From Pseudomonadota bacterium (GTDB lineage: Bacteria; Pseudomonadota; Gammaproteobacteria; Steroidobacterales; Steroidobacteraceae): DNA of 40,688 nucleotides. Location: NCBI GenBank assembly GCA_947454665.1, contig CANGMU010000001.1:1-40688 (forward strand), read 5' to 3'. The position numbers and the translations under genes are program-made. Of this stretch, positions 1 through 9,259 are shown piece after piece; the stretch's first letter is position 1, and each line of letters opens with the position of its first letter. The notes under the pieces are model-generated. The model was given only the letters and a program-made list of their open reading frames with translations, had not been told where the DNA came from and made no database searches.

Positions 1-285
1 CCGACGATCTATATCCTCGGCGGCACGAAGGACATCGCCTGGGTGAACGGCATGAACGATTTCGGCCGCATCGAGCACATCCCGGTCGCCGTCGCGAACC
101 TGAACGTCGGACACGGCGGCACCTTCCAGCAACCGAACGGCGGGGCCGCGGCGCAGGTGGCCGTGTCCTGGCTCGACTGGCAGCTGCGCAATGACCGCAA
201 GGCGGCCGCCCGTTTCGTGGGCAAGGCCTGCGGACTGTGCCGCGACGAAGCCTGGGCCTTCGAACAGAAGCGACTGGCCCGCTGA
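1..285 (+). CDS. alpha/beta-fold serine hydrolase, C-terminal fragment (5' end lies outside the window)
   Basis: Frame 1 is open from nt 1 to TGA 283-285, and ORF 43..285 is only its ATG-delimited part. The tail HIPVAVANLNVGHGGTF...WLDWQLRNDRKAAARFVGKACGLCRDEAWAFEQKRL aligns colinearly with TLPVFYGSRHGAGHTGTS...WVRWQFKQDRKASQMFVGDHCGLCTNKNWDVAAKRL of the 14523..16286 product. Confidence 0.75.
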   Translation, partial: PTIYILGGTKDIAWVNGMNDFGRIEHIPVAVANLNVGHGGTFQQPNGGAAAQVAVSWLDWQLRNDRKAAARFVGKACGLCRDEAWAFEQKRLAR

Positions 286-481
286 CGAACCGACGGCGCG
301 CAGATGTTGTTCGAACTGGCGCGCCGCATCGGCAGGGCAAGGGGCTATGCCAGCGAACGCTGGGCCCACACCCGACGGCAATGGCAGCGCACGCTGCGCC
401 TGGTGCGGCGCGTGGGACTGGCCTGGGTGGCCGTGACGCTGGTGGTCGCGGCAATCCGGCTCTGGCGGCAATGGTAGGCCG

Positions 482-1633
482 CTAGGCGCGGATGTTGCGC
501 CCCGCGCCATAACCGCAGACCGCCAGTGCCGCTGCGCAGAGCGTCGTGAACAGGATCGAAGCCGACCAACCGCCGACGGTGTCGTGCAGGAAACCGAAAC
601 TGACCGGACCTGCGGCGGCCAGCAGGTAACCCAGTGACTGCGCCATCAGGGACAAGGCCGCTGCCGAGCGCGGGCTCGCCGCACGCAGCCCCATGAACGA
701 CAGCGCGAGGATCAAGGCCGGACCGGTGCCGATGCCGAGCAGCACCATCCACAGCCACATGGCCTGCGGCAGCAAGAGCACGCCGAGCGAGGCGAAAGTC
801 GACAGCGCCCCGATCGAGGCAGCCAGCACGCGCTGGTCCGACCCCCGGCGCACGAGCGAAGGAACCAGCAGGCCGCCCGCCAGCGCCGAGGCCTGGTACA
901 CCGTCAGCAAGCCAGCGATGGCTTCGACGGAAAATCCGCCGTCGCGGAGCATGGTCGGATACCAGGCCACCGTGACGTAGAACAGCAGCGACTGCAGGCC
1001 CATGTAGCCGGTGACCTGCCACGCGATGAGGCTGCGCCAGGGCAGCTTCGGCGGCGGTTCGCTGGACGCCGGCGTGACATGCAGGTCGTGGCGCGTGTGC
1101 GGAATCCACAGCAGCAGGGCGATCACCGCCGGCACCGCCCAGAAGACCAGCGAGGCCCGCCAGCCACCCGGCAACCAGTTCGCCAGCGGTGCTCCGAAGG
1201 CAGAACCCAGGGTCGCCGACACACCCATGATCGTCGCGTAGGCAGTGGTGATCGTGGCGACGCGATCCGGGAAATGCTGCTTCACCAGCACCGGCAGCAG
1301 GATGTTCGCAACCGCGACACCGCAGGCCAGGATGACCGTGCCGCCGAACAACGCGGCGAGATGTCCTTCCGAGCGCAGCAGGATGCCGGCCAGCAGGACG
1401 CACAGTGCGCCCAGCAGCAAGCGTTCCGTGCCGTGGTTGCGTGCCAGCCGTGAAGCCGGTGCACCGATGGCGAACATCAGCAAGGGCAGGCTCGACAGCA
1501 CGCCGGCCGTCGTGGCCGACAGGCCCAGGTCCGCGCGGATCGCACCGAGCAGCGGACCCACGCCCGTGATGGACGAACGCAGGCAACTGGCAACCGCGAA
1601 CAACGCGATGAGGAAGGAGGTGATTCGGAACAT
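482..1633 (-). CDS. MFS transporter (CynX/NimT-like permease)
   Basis: ORF 482..2041 was trimmed to ATG 1631-1633 (MFRITSFLIALFAV...), where the hydrophobic TM segments begin. The upstream 136 codons are R/H/G-rich and overlap the divergent gene at 1670. About 12 hydrophobic stretches follow, with a two-halves MFS layout. Confidence 0.85.
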   Translation of the reverse strand: MFRITSFLIALFAVASCLRSSITGVGPLLGAIRADLGLSATTAGVLSSLPLLMFAIGAPASRLARNHGTERLLLGALCVLLAGILLRSEGHLAALFGGTVILACGVAVANILLPVLVKQHFPDRVATITTAYATIMGVSATLGSAFGAPLANWLPGGWRASLVFWAVPAVIALLLWIPHTRHDLHVTPASSEPPPKLPWRSLIAWQVTGYMGLQSLLFYVTVAWYPTMLRDGGFSVEAIAGLLTVYQASALAGGLLVPSLVRRGSDQRVLAASIGALSTFASLGVLLLPQAMWLWMVLLGIGTGPALILALSFMGLRAASPRSAAALSLMAQSLGYLLAAAGPVSFGFLHDTVGGWSASILFTTLCAAALAVCGYGAGRNIRA

Positions 1634-1669
1634 GAGGGGTGCGACATTAACGCAAAAGGAGCCCAGCGC

Positions 1670-2410
1670 ATGATCGCAACCAAACGCAGGTCCGGCTTCC
1701 GCCTCGCCATGGCTGGCGCCTTGCTTGCCGTGATGCTGGGTGGCTGCGCCACGGTGCCGGACTGGAACGGTGTCTGGGAACGTACCGGATCCATCAACTG
1801 GGATCCGCGCATCCCCGACGGTCAACTGGACCGGCCACCGCTCACGCCGCGCTACCAGGCGCATTACGAATCCGTGCTTGCCGCCCGCGCGGAAGGTCGC
1901 GTGGTCGGCGACCCGACGGCGGCCTGTCTGCCGCCGGGCATGCCGCGCATCATGAACATGGTCTATCCGATGGAAATCTTCCAGCGGCCCGGGCAGGTCG
2001 CGATCTTTGCGGAATGGCAGAGCCAGGTCCGTCGCATCCATCTCGATGGACGCTCACACCCGGAAGACCTCGACCGCAATTTCAACGGCCATTCGATCGG
2101 CCGCTGGGAAGGCCGCGACCTCGTCGTGGACACCATCGGCATGCGCGAAGAGGTCGTGCTGACCCAGACCGGCATCACGCTGAGCCGTCAGCTGCACGTG
2201 ACAGAGCGCTTCCATGAAGTGGATGCCGACACGCTGACCGACACGATCACGCTGACCGACCCGGATGCGCTCACCGCACCCTGGACCGTGGTGAAAACCT
2301 TCCGGCGCGCGCCGAAGACGGAGATCCTCGAATACGTCTGCGAGGAGAACAACCGCAACCCGGTGCTGCCCGATGGCAGCGTGGGCGTGACGCTGCCCAA
2401 GCCGCGCTGA
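1670..2410 (+). CDS. exported lipoprotein of unknown function, GHSIGxWEGxxLVV-module family (paralogue 1)
   Basis: ATG is preceded by AAAGGAG. There is a lipobox AVMLGG|C. The module ...CLPPGMPRIM...MEIFQRP...RRIHLDG...GHSIGRWEGRDLVVDT...HVTERF...LTDPDAL...YVCEE is shared with 16349..17080, 8108..9160 and 32107..33246. Confidence 0.85.
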   Translation: MIATKRRSGFRLAMAGALLAVMLGGCATVPDWNGVWERTGSINWDPRIPDGQLDRPPLTPRYQAHYESVLAARAEGRVVGDPTAACLPPGMPRIMNMVYPMEIFQRPGQVAIFAEWQSQVRRIHLDGRSHPEDLDRNFNGHSIGRWEGRDLVVDTIGMREEVVLTQTGITLSRQLHVTERFHEVDADTLTDTITLTDPDALTAPWTVVKTFRRAPKTEILEYVCEENNRNPVLPDGSVGVTLPKPR

Positions 2411-2538
2411 GCAGCCGCGCGATATCACGCGGATCAAGGCGGACCTGCAGTCTGCGGGCGGGCGATTCACCCAGGGCCTCGGCAGCCTGCATTGTAAACT
2501 CGACCACCCCAGCACTTCCGCACCCGATGGAGCGCCCC

Positions 2539-4627
<2,089 letters not shown>

Positions 4628-4658
4628 GGCCGTGGACCTCCGTCCCGTTGTGGCTTCA

Positions 4659-4687
4659 ACTATAGGCTGACGGAGCGGGACTGTCAT
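4659..4687 (-). promoter_or_regulatory. candidate sigma70-type promoter of ligAB
   Basis: The minus strand reads ATGACA-17 nt-TATAGT. The -10 element ends 31 nt upstream of the ligA ATG. Confidence 0.45.
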
Positions 4688-4729
4688 GGCGCGCGACACC
4701 ACGACAACAACCCAACGGGGGATATCGAC

Positions 4730-5266
4730 ATGACTTCACGCAAGCTTCCGCTCAGCCTGCTGCTCGCCACCGGCGCGCTGGCGCTCGGCTCGATGGCCCG
4801 GGCGGCCGACGCCCCGAAAATCACGCCGGAGACGCTGGTCGATCGCGCGATGATCGAGGAATTGCTGGTCGACTATTACAGCCAGCTCGGCGCCGGTAAG
4901 CACGACTTCAGCTACTGGTTCGCGGCAGACGGCATCCTCGACGTGAACGGCGAAATCGGTCAGGGCAAGGAAGGCATCGAGAAGATCTACCGCGACACCG
5001 CTGCGCGCGCGGTCGGCCGCAAGGGCACCTTCAAGATGCTGCTCACCAACATCAAGATCTCGGTCAATGGCAACACGGCCACCGCCGACATGATCTGGAC
5101 CGGCATCATTTCCGAGACGGTGACGTCAAAGCCCGTGCTGGATGAACAGGGCCACGAGCACGATGAGCTCGTGAAGCAGAACGGACGATGGGTCTTCAAG
5201 CATCGCTGGGTGACCAGCGATGGCGGCATGAACGCCGCCTTGCTGAAGACCTACAAGAAGCGCTGA
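4730..5266 (+). CDS. secreted NTF2/SnoaL-like fold protein
   Basis: ATG 4730 is preceded by GGGGGA. The signal peptide is MTSRKLPLSLLLATGALALGSMARA|AD. It has a single SnoaL_4-like layout (IEELLVDYY...W...DG...G...G..GI...Y...NGRWVFKHR). Confidence 0.8.
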   Translation: MTSRKLPLSLLLATGALALGSMARAADAPKITPETLVDRAMIEELLVDYYSQLGAGKHDFSYWFAADGILDVNGEIGQGKEGIEKIYRDTAARAVGRKGTFKMLLTNIKISVNGNTATADMIWTGIISETVTSKPVLDEQGHEHDELVKQNGRWVFKHRWVTSDGGMNAALLKTYKKR

Positions 5267-5275
5267 ACCGCGGGA

Positions 5276-5303
5276 TGACGCCGCGGGCGATCCCGCGGCG
5301 TCA
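5276..5303. terminator. GC-rich hairpin between convergent genes (possible bidirectional terminator)
   Basis: TGACGCCGCGGG-cgat-CCCGCGGCGTCA forms a perfect 12-bp stem with a 4-nt loop. It sits 10 nt after the 4730..5266 stop and 18 nt from the 5321 stop. There is no U tract on either side. Confidence 0.5.
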
Positions 5304-5320
5304 CCAGGCCATGCCGGGCG

Positions 5321-7426
5321 TCAGCCCCCGTGCAGGCCCTTCTGCGGAGCCGGCGGTGCGTTGGACGGCGTCGCACGGCCTGCGCCCGGACCCTGGAAGG
5401 TCTGCGCCGGCTGGTTCTTCACGTCGTTGGCCAGCTTCGTGACCCAGGCGCGGATCGACTCCGCGTCCTGCGGCTTCAGGACCTTCGCAAAGGACAGCAT
5501 GCCGTTCTCGGTCAGCACGCCGTCGAGCACGACCGCCTTGAACGCCGCATCACTCTGCAGCAGCGCCGAGTAACGCAGGTCGGGGAAGCCACCCATGCCG
5601 CGGCCACCTTCGTGGCACAGCGAGCAGTTCTGCTGCCAGAGCTGCTGGCCCTTCTCGAGCGTCGCCGCGTCGCCGAAGTTCGCCGGCGCGTTGACGACCA
5701 GCGGAGCCGGCGGCGGCACCGGCGGCAGCACGACGGTGCCACCCAGCTTGTAGACCAGCAGGCGGTTGCCGCCCGCAGCGCGAGGCTGGCCGGCGAGCGC
5801 CGCGACATATTGCGTGTTGCCGACCTGATAGGTGATCGAACCGGCCTGCACGCTGGCACCGGCATCGGCCGACCACAGCTTCTCGCCGTTGTCCGCACGG
5901 AAGGCCGTGAAGTTGCGCTGGCCCGTGCCGTGGAACACGAGGTTGCCAGCCGTGGTCATCGTGCCGGAGTTCGCCACGCCCTCCGTCGAACGCCAGACTT
6001 CCTTCTGCGCGACCGGATCCCAGGCAGAGAGCCACTGGCCCGGACCTTCGACCGGCGGCGGCCCCATCTCGGGACGCTTGGCGATGTTGATGCCCAGCAG
6101 CTGGTTGCCCATCTTGGCGCCCAGTTCCGACACGAAGCCGAAGGTCGCGTAACGCAAGCCCACGTAGAACAGGCCCGTGTTCGGGTTGTACGACTGCGGA
6201 TACCAGACGTGCGTCTGGAAGGGCGTGACGTACCAGCCCTGCTTCGTCTTGCCGTAGTTCGAATCCGGATTGAGGATCGGCGCCCAGTTCTTGTCCTTGT
6301 CGAAGCCGGTGAGCCAGTTGGCGAAGGGCACGGTCAGCTTCGCGCTGAGCACCTTGCCGGTCGCCGCCTCGATCACATAGAACACGCCGTTCTTCGGGAT
6401 CTGCATCACGACGTGCTTCTTTTCGCCGTCGATGACCAGATCAGTCGTGGTCAGCGGGGAGGTGTTGTCGAAGTCGAAGTTTTCGGCAGGCACCGTCTGG
6501 TAATGCCAGCGGTACTGACCGGTCTTCGCATCCACCGCGACGATCGAGGCGATGAACAGGTTGTCGCCGCCGCCCGGTGAGCGATCTTCCGCGGGCCACG
6601 GCGCGCCGTTGCCTGTACCGAAGATCACCAGGCCCGTCTTCTCGTCAAAGACGATGCCGTCCCAGGGCGAACCACCACCGCCGGTCTTCCACCAGTCGCC
6701 GCTCCAGGTCTTCGCGGCCATCGGCATCACGCTGTCGGATGCGGCATGGTCCGGACCCTTCGACGGGTCGCCCGGCACGACATAGAACTTCCACTTGAAT
6801 TTGCCGGTTTCGGCGTCGTAGGCCGAGATGTAGCCGCGCTGGAAGTATTCACCGCCGCCCTGGCCAATGAAGACCATGCCGTTGCCGACGCGCGGAGCGC
6901 CGGTGATCGACATGTCGTCCTTGATGTCGGTGGTGCGTGTTTCCCAGACCTTGCTGCCTTTCTTCGCGTCGATGGCGACGAGGCGGCCATCCAGCGTGCC
7001 GAGCAGCAGCTTGCCGTTGTAGAAGGTCACGCCACGGTTGGAGTTGTTGCAGCACAGGCGCGTGGCCGCGATCTCGCGCGGCACCTTCGGGTCGTACTTC
7101 CACAGCGCCTTGCCGGTGGCGGCGTCGTAGGCGTAGACCTTGCTCCAGGGCGTGGTCACATAAATGCGGCCGTCGACCACCACAGGCGTGGACTGCCACT
7201 GGCCCTTCTCGCTGAGATCGGCGTACCACGCAAGGCCCAGCTTGCCGACGTTGTCGGCCGAGATCTGCTTCAGCGGGCTGTAACGCTGTTCATTGGAATC
7301 ACCGCCATGCAGCGGCCATTCGGTGGCATTGGCCGGGCCCGCGGGCTTGGAAGCCGCCTCGAGCTGCGATCCGCCAAAAGAAAGCACGGCGAGGCCGCAC
7401 AACGATGCAATCAGTACACGACGCAT
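5321..7426 (-). CDS. PQQ-dependent quinohaemoprotein alcohol dehydrogenase (type II, C-terminal cytochrome c domain)
   Basis: ORF 5321..7771 was trimmed to ATG 7424-7426 (MRRVLIASLCGLAVLSF, Sec signal, GGGGGA SD). It has beta-propeller W-motifs, the vicinal Cys pair LCCNNSNRG typical of PQQ-ADHs, and a C-terminal CSLCHE haem-c motif. Confidence 0.9.
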   Translation of the reverse strand: MRRVLIASLCGLAVLSFGGSQLEAASKPAGPANATEWPLHGGDSNEQRYSPLKQISADNVGKLGLAWYADLSEKGQWQSTPVVVDGRIYVTTPWSKVYAYDAATGKALWKYDPKVPREIAATRLCCNNSNRGVTFYNGKLLLGTLDGRLVAIDAKKGSKVWETRTTDIKDDMSITGAPRVGNGMVFIGQGGGEYFQRGYISAYDAETGKFKWKFYVVPGDPSKGPDHAASDSVMPMAAKTWSGDWWKTGGGGSPWDGIVFDEKTGLVIFGTGNGAPWPAEDRSPGGGDNLFIASIVAVDAKTGQYRWHYQTVPAENFDFDNTSPLTTTDLVIDGEKKHVVMQIPKNGVFYVIEAATGKVLSAKLTVPFANWLTGFDKDKNWAPILNPDSNYGKTKQGWYVTPFQTHVWYPQSYNPNTGLFYVGLRYATFGFVSELGAKMGNQLLGINIAKRPEMGPPPVEGPGQWLSAWDPVAQKEVWRSTEGVANSGTMTTAGNLVFHGTGQRNFTAFRADNGEKLWSADAGASVQAGSITYQVGNTQYVAALAGQPRAAGGNRLLVYKLGGTVVLPPVPPPAPLVVNAPANFGDAATLEKGQQLWQQNCSLCHEGGRGMGGFPDLRYSALLQSDAAFKAVVLDGVLTENGMLSFAKVLKPQDAESIRAWVTKLANDVKNQPAQTFQGPGAGRATPSNAPPAPQKGLHGG

Positions 7427-7537
7427 GATTCCCCCTGCTCCAAGCCATTGCGGCCCGCCTATTGTGGCGTTTATGACCGCTGGTGGTGAAATTCGTTCGG
7501 ACTCCTTGATACCACAACGAACAGCCTCGCGCGTACG

Positions 7538-8101
7538 ATGCCGCGCATGCACATCACGCTGACCGACTTCGCCCGCGTGCGACTGTTTCCCCGTGAACCG
7601 CGGCCCAACACCATCCGCGACATCTCCAGCCAGGACTTCGAGCGGCACCTCAACACGCACGCGCCGCTGCACGACCTGGCGGGCTATGCCCCCTTCTGCC
7701 GGCTGCATGTGCACCGGAACTGGACGTCCACGCGCTGCCTGACCGTCCCCATCACCGAGGCGAACCGGCACCTGCTGCGCTCCGGCTACGAAGCGCGCCA
7801 GCGCAGCGAGCTGCCGGTGCTGGTGCGCTGGTTCGAAGGGGTGGAAGTCCCGGTGGCCGGATACTTGATCGCGATCCTGTACAGCCGCGAACAGCTCAAG
7901 GCCGAGGGCACGCCCATCGATGCCGACTGGGGCGTGGTGGGCTGCCTCTACACGAGCGAGCCGGCCGAGATCCCGATGGCGCCGATCACGATGATGCGCA
8001 ACGCCCTTGGCACCGCCGAAGGCGGCTCGGGCGTCCCCCTCGACGCCGCGGCCTATCGGCGCAGCGTCGAGTTCTGGAACGCGAACGCCAACTGGCGCTG
8101 A
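7538..8101 (+). CDS. conserved hypothetical cytoplasmic protein (possibly DUF3228-like)
   Basis: Only non-antisense-looking ORF in this interval, with balanced composition and no signal peptide. The family name comes from weak memory only. Start could also be ATG 7547. Confidence 0.65.
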   Translation: MPRMHITLTDFARVRLFPREPRPNTIRDISSQDFERHLNTHAPLHDLAGYAPFCRLHVHRNWTSTRCLTVPITEANRHLLRSGYEARQRSELPVLVRWFEGVEVPVAGYLIAILYSREQLKAEGTPIDADWGVVGCLYTSEPAEIPMAPITMMRNALGTAEGGSGVPLDAAAYRRSVEFWNANANWR

Positions 8102-8107
8102 GCCCGC

Positions 8108-9160
8108 CTACTTCCTGATCGCCCCGTCCACGCCTTCGGGCGAGCAGCGGAAGGGTTCGAGCTTGAGGTCGGAAGGACCGTACTCCAGCGACGAAGGATC
8201 GAAGTCGCGCGTGAAAAATTCCGGATCCTTCATCTGGAACTCGACCACGAGACGCTGGCGCGCGACATCCAGGTGTACGCGCTCGACGGTCGTCAGCCCG
8301 GCGGAATGCAGCAGGCCGCGCGTCGGCTGGCCCGGCATCTCGACATACTGGTTCAGCACGCCAGCTGCGTAGTTCGCAGTCTCGATCACGAGCGTGTCGC
8401 CCTCGAAGTGGCCGATCGAATGGCCCAGCGACGTGCGGGGACCGTTCTTGGGGTGCTCCTTCAGGTTCAGGAACACGTTGCGCTTCACGTCCATCCACTC
8501 ATGGCGCAGCACCACGCGATCCTGTTCGCGGGTGATCGACAGCGGCGTGCCGGGTGCGCCCCAGGCCCTGCGGATGAAAACCGGGTCGCAACGGAAGGCC
8601 GGATCGTCCTTGAAGGGGTTGTACTTCGCGACGGCGGCCTGACCCGCGGGGGTCAGCGAATTGATCATCGGCTGCGGACCGGCCGTGAGACGGCCCGGCA
8701 TCGGCGCCAGCAGCCACGTGCCGAAAATATCCTTGCGCACCGGCAGCGGCGCGGCGACGGGCGCGCGACCCGCAGTGCCCGTCGGGCCGTTCACGTTCAG
8801 GACACGGCCGTCCGCGAAATGAACATCCGTGAAGAAACAGCGATGCACGTCGTTGCGCGACTGGGAGCCTTCCACGCGCAGTACCGTGCCGGGCTTGAGC
8901 ATCGCGGGCGTGATGCCGTTGCGCGTGAGCTGGGTGAATCCGTGCGACTCGCAGATGTATTCCTGCGTCCTGCCGTTCTCGTCGACGGCTTCGATGTGCA
9001 GGTAACTGTGCGGGTTGCGTGCTTCGAATTGAGTGACCTTGCCGCTGATGCTGACCGGCTTCTGCCGGTCGAAGTGCGGCTCGAAACTGTGGTGTGCGCC
9101 AGCAACCGTCGCGAATGAAGTCGCGACGACCAGTGTGGCAATGCTGCGGATCGATGTCAT
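8108..9160 (-). CDS. exported two-domain protein: DUF6152-like His-His N-terminal domain fused to GHSIGxWEGxxLVV module (paralogue 3)
   Basis: Sec signal MTSIRSIATLVVATSFATVAGA|HHSF. The N-domain motifs NPHSY, CE and KPG are shared with 32107..33246. The C-terminal module has FRCDP...GHSIGHFEGDTLVIET...VERVHLD...KDPEFF...FRCSPE. Confidence 0.85.
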   Translation of the reverse strand: MTSIRSIATLVVATSFATVAGAHHSFEPHFDRQKPVSISGKVTQFEARNPHSYLHIEAVDENGRTQEYICESHGFTQLTRNGITPAMLKPGTVLRVEGSQSRNDVHRCFFTDVHFADGRVLNVNGPTGTAGRAPVAAPLPVRKDIFGTWLLAPMPGRLTAGPQPMINSLTPAGQAAVAKYNPFKDDPAFRCDPVFIRRAWGAPGTPLSITREQDRVVLRHEWMDVKRNVFLNLKEHPKNGPRTSLGHSIGHFEGDTLVIETANYAAGVLNQYVEMPGQPTRGLLHSAGLTTVERVHLDVARQRLVVEFQMKDPEFFTRDFDPSSLEYGPSDLKLEPFRCSPEGVDGAIRK

Positions 9161-9188
9161 GCCCGGCCCCTTTTCTTGTTGTGGGCCG

Positions 9189-9194
9189 AGTATA
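9189..9194 (-). promoter_or_regulatory. candidate -10 box (TATACT) for 8108..9160
   Basis: The minus strand reads cgtCCTATACTcgg, 28 nt upstream of the ATG and immediately downstream of the receptor terminator. The -35 region is weak (it lies inside the terminator stem). Confidence 0.3.
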
Positions 9195-9199
9195 GGACG

Positions 9200-9233
9200 A
9201 AAAAAAGGGCCACCGTCCTGCGACGGTGGCCCC
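9200..9233 (-). terminator. intrinsic (rho-independent) terminator after the TonB-dependent receptor gene
   Basis: The minus strand reads GGGCCACCGTC-gcag-GACGGTGGCCC followed by TTTTTTT: an 11-bp GC-rich stem, a tetraloop and a T7 tract, 27 nt after the receptor stop codon. Confidence 0.8.
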
Positions 9234-9259
9234 TTTCAGTGCGCTAGCGGTTCTTCAGA

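Noticed and set aside
1634-2041. N-terminal extensions implied by the longest-ORF track. Examples are 482..2041, 4226..4702, 5321..7771, 25328..26440, 26097..27272, 28330..29226, 29296..30861, 33284..34507 and 37197..39743.
   Set aside because: The extensions are Arg/Pro/Gly-rich, often overlap the neighbouring gene, and precede an internal start that has an SD and a proper signal peptide or a family-typical N-terminus.
2415-2432. A near-palindrome CCGCGCGAT|ATCACGCGG centred on GATATC, just after the 1670..2410 stop. It is a possible terminator or binding site.
   Set aside because: It has one mismatch, no loop unless the centre melts, and no U tract. It is not strong enough to call.
4637-4680. 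Apparent inverted repeats CTCCGTC/GACGGAG and GTCCCG/CGGGAC in the ligA / SnoaL-like divergent region.
   Set aside because: The two arm pairs are not colinear, so they do not form one contiguous stem or dyad. They overlap the SD and the promoter spacer, and I could not support a defined operator.
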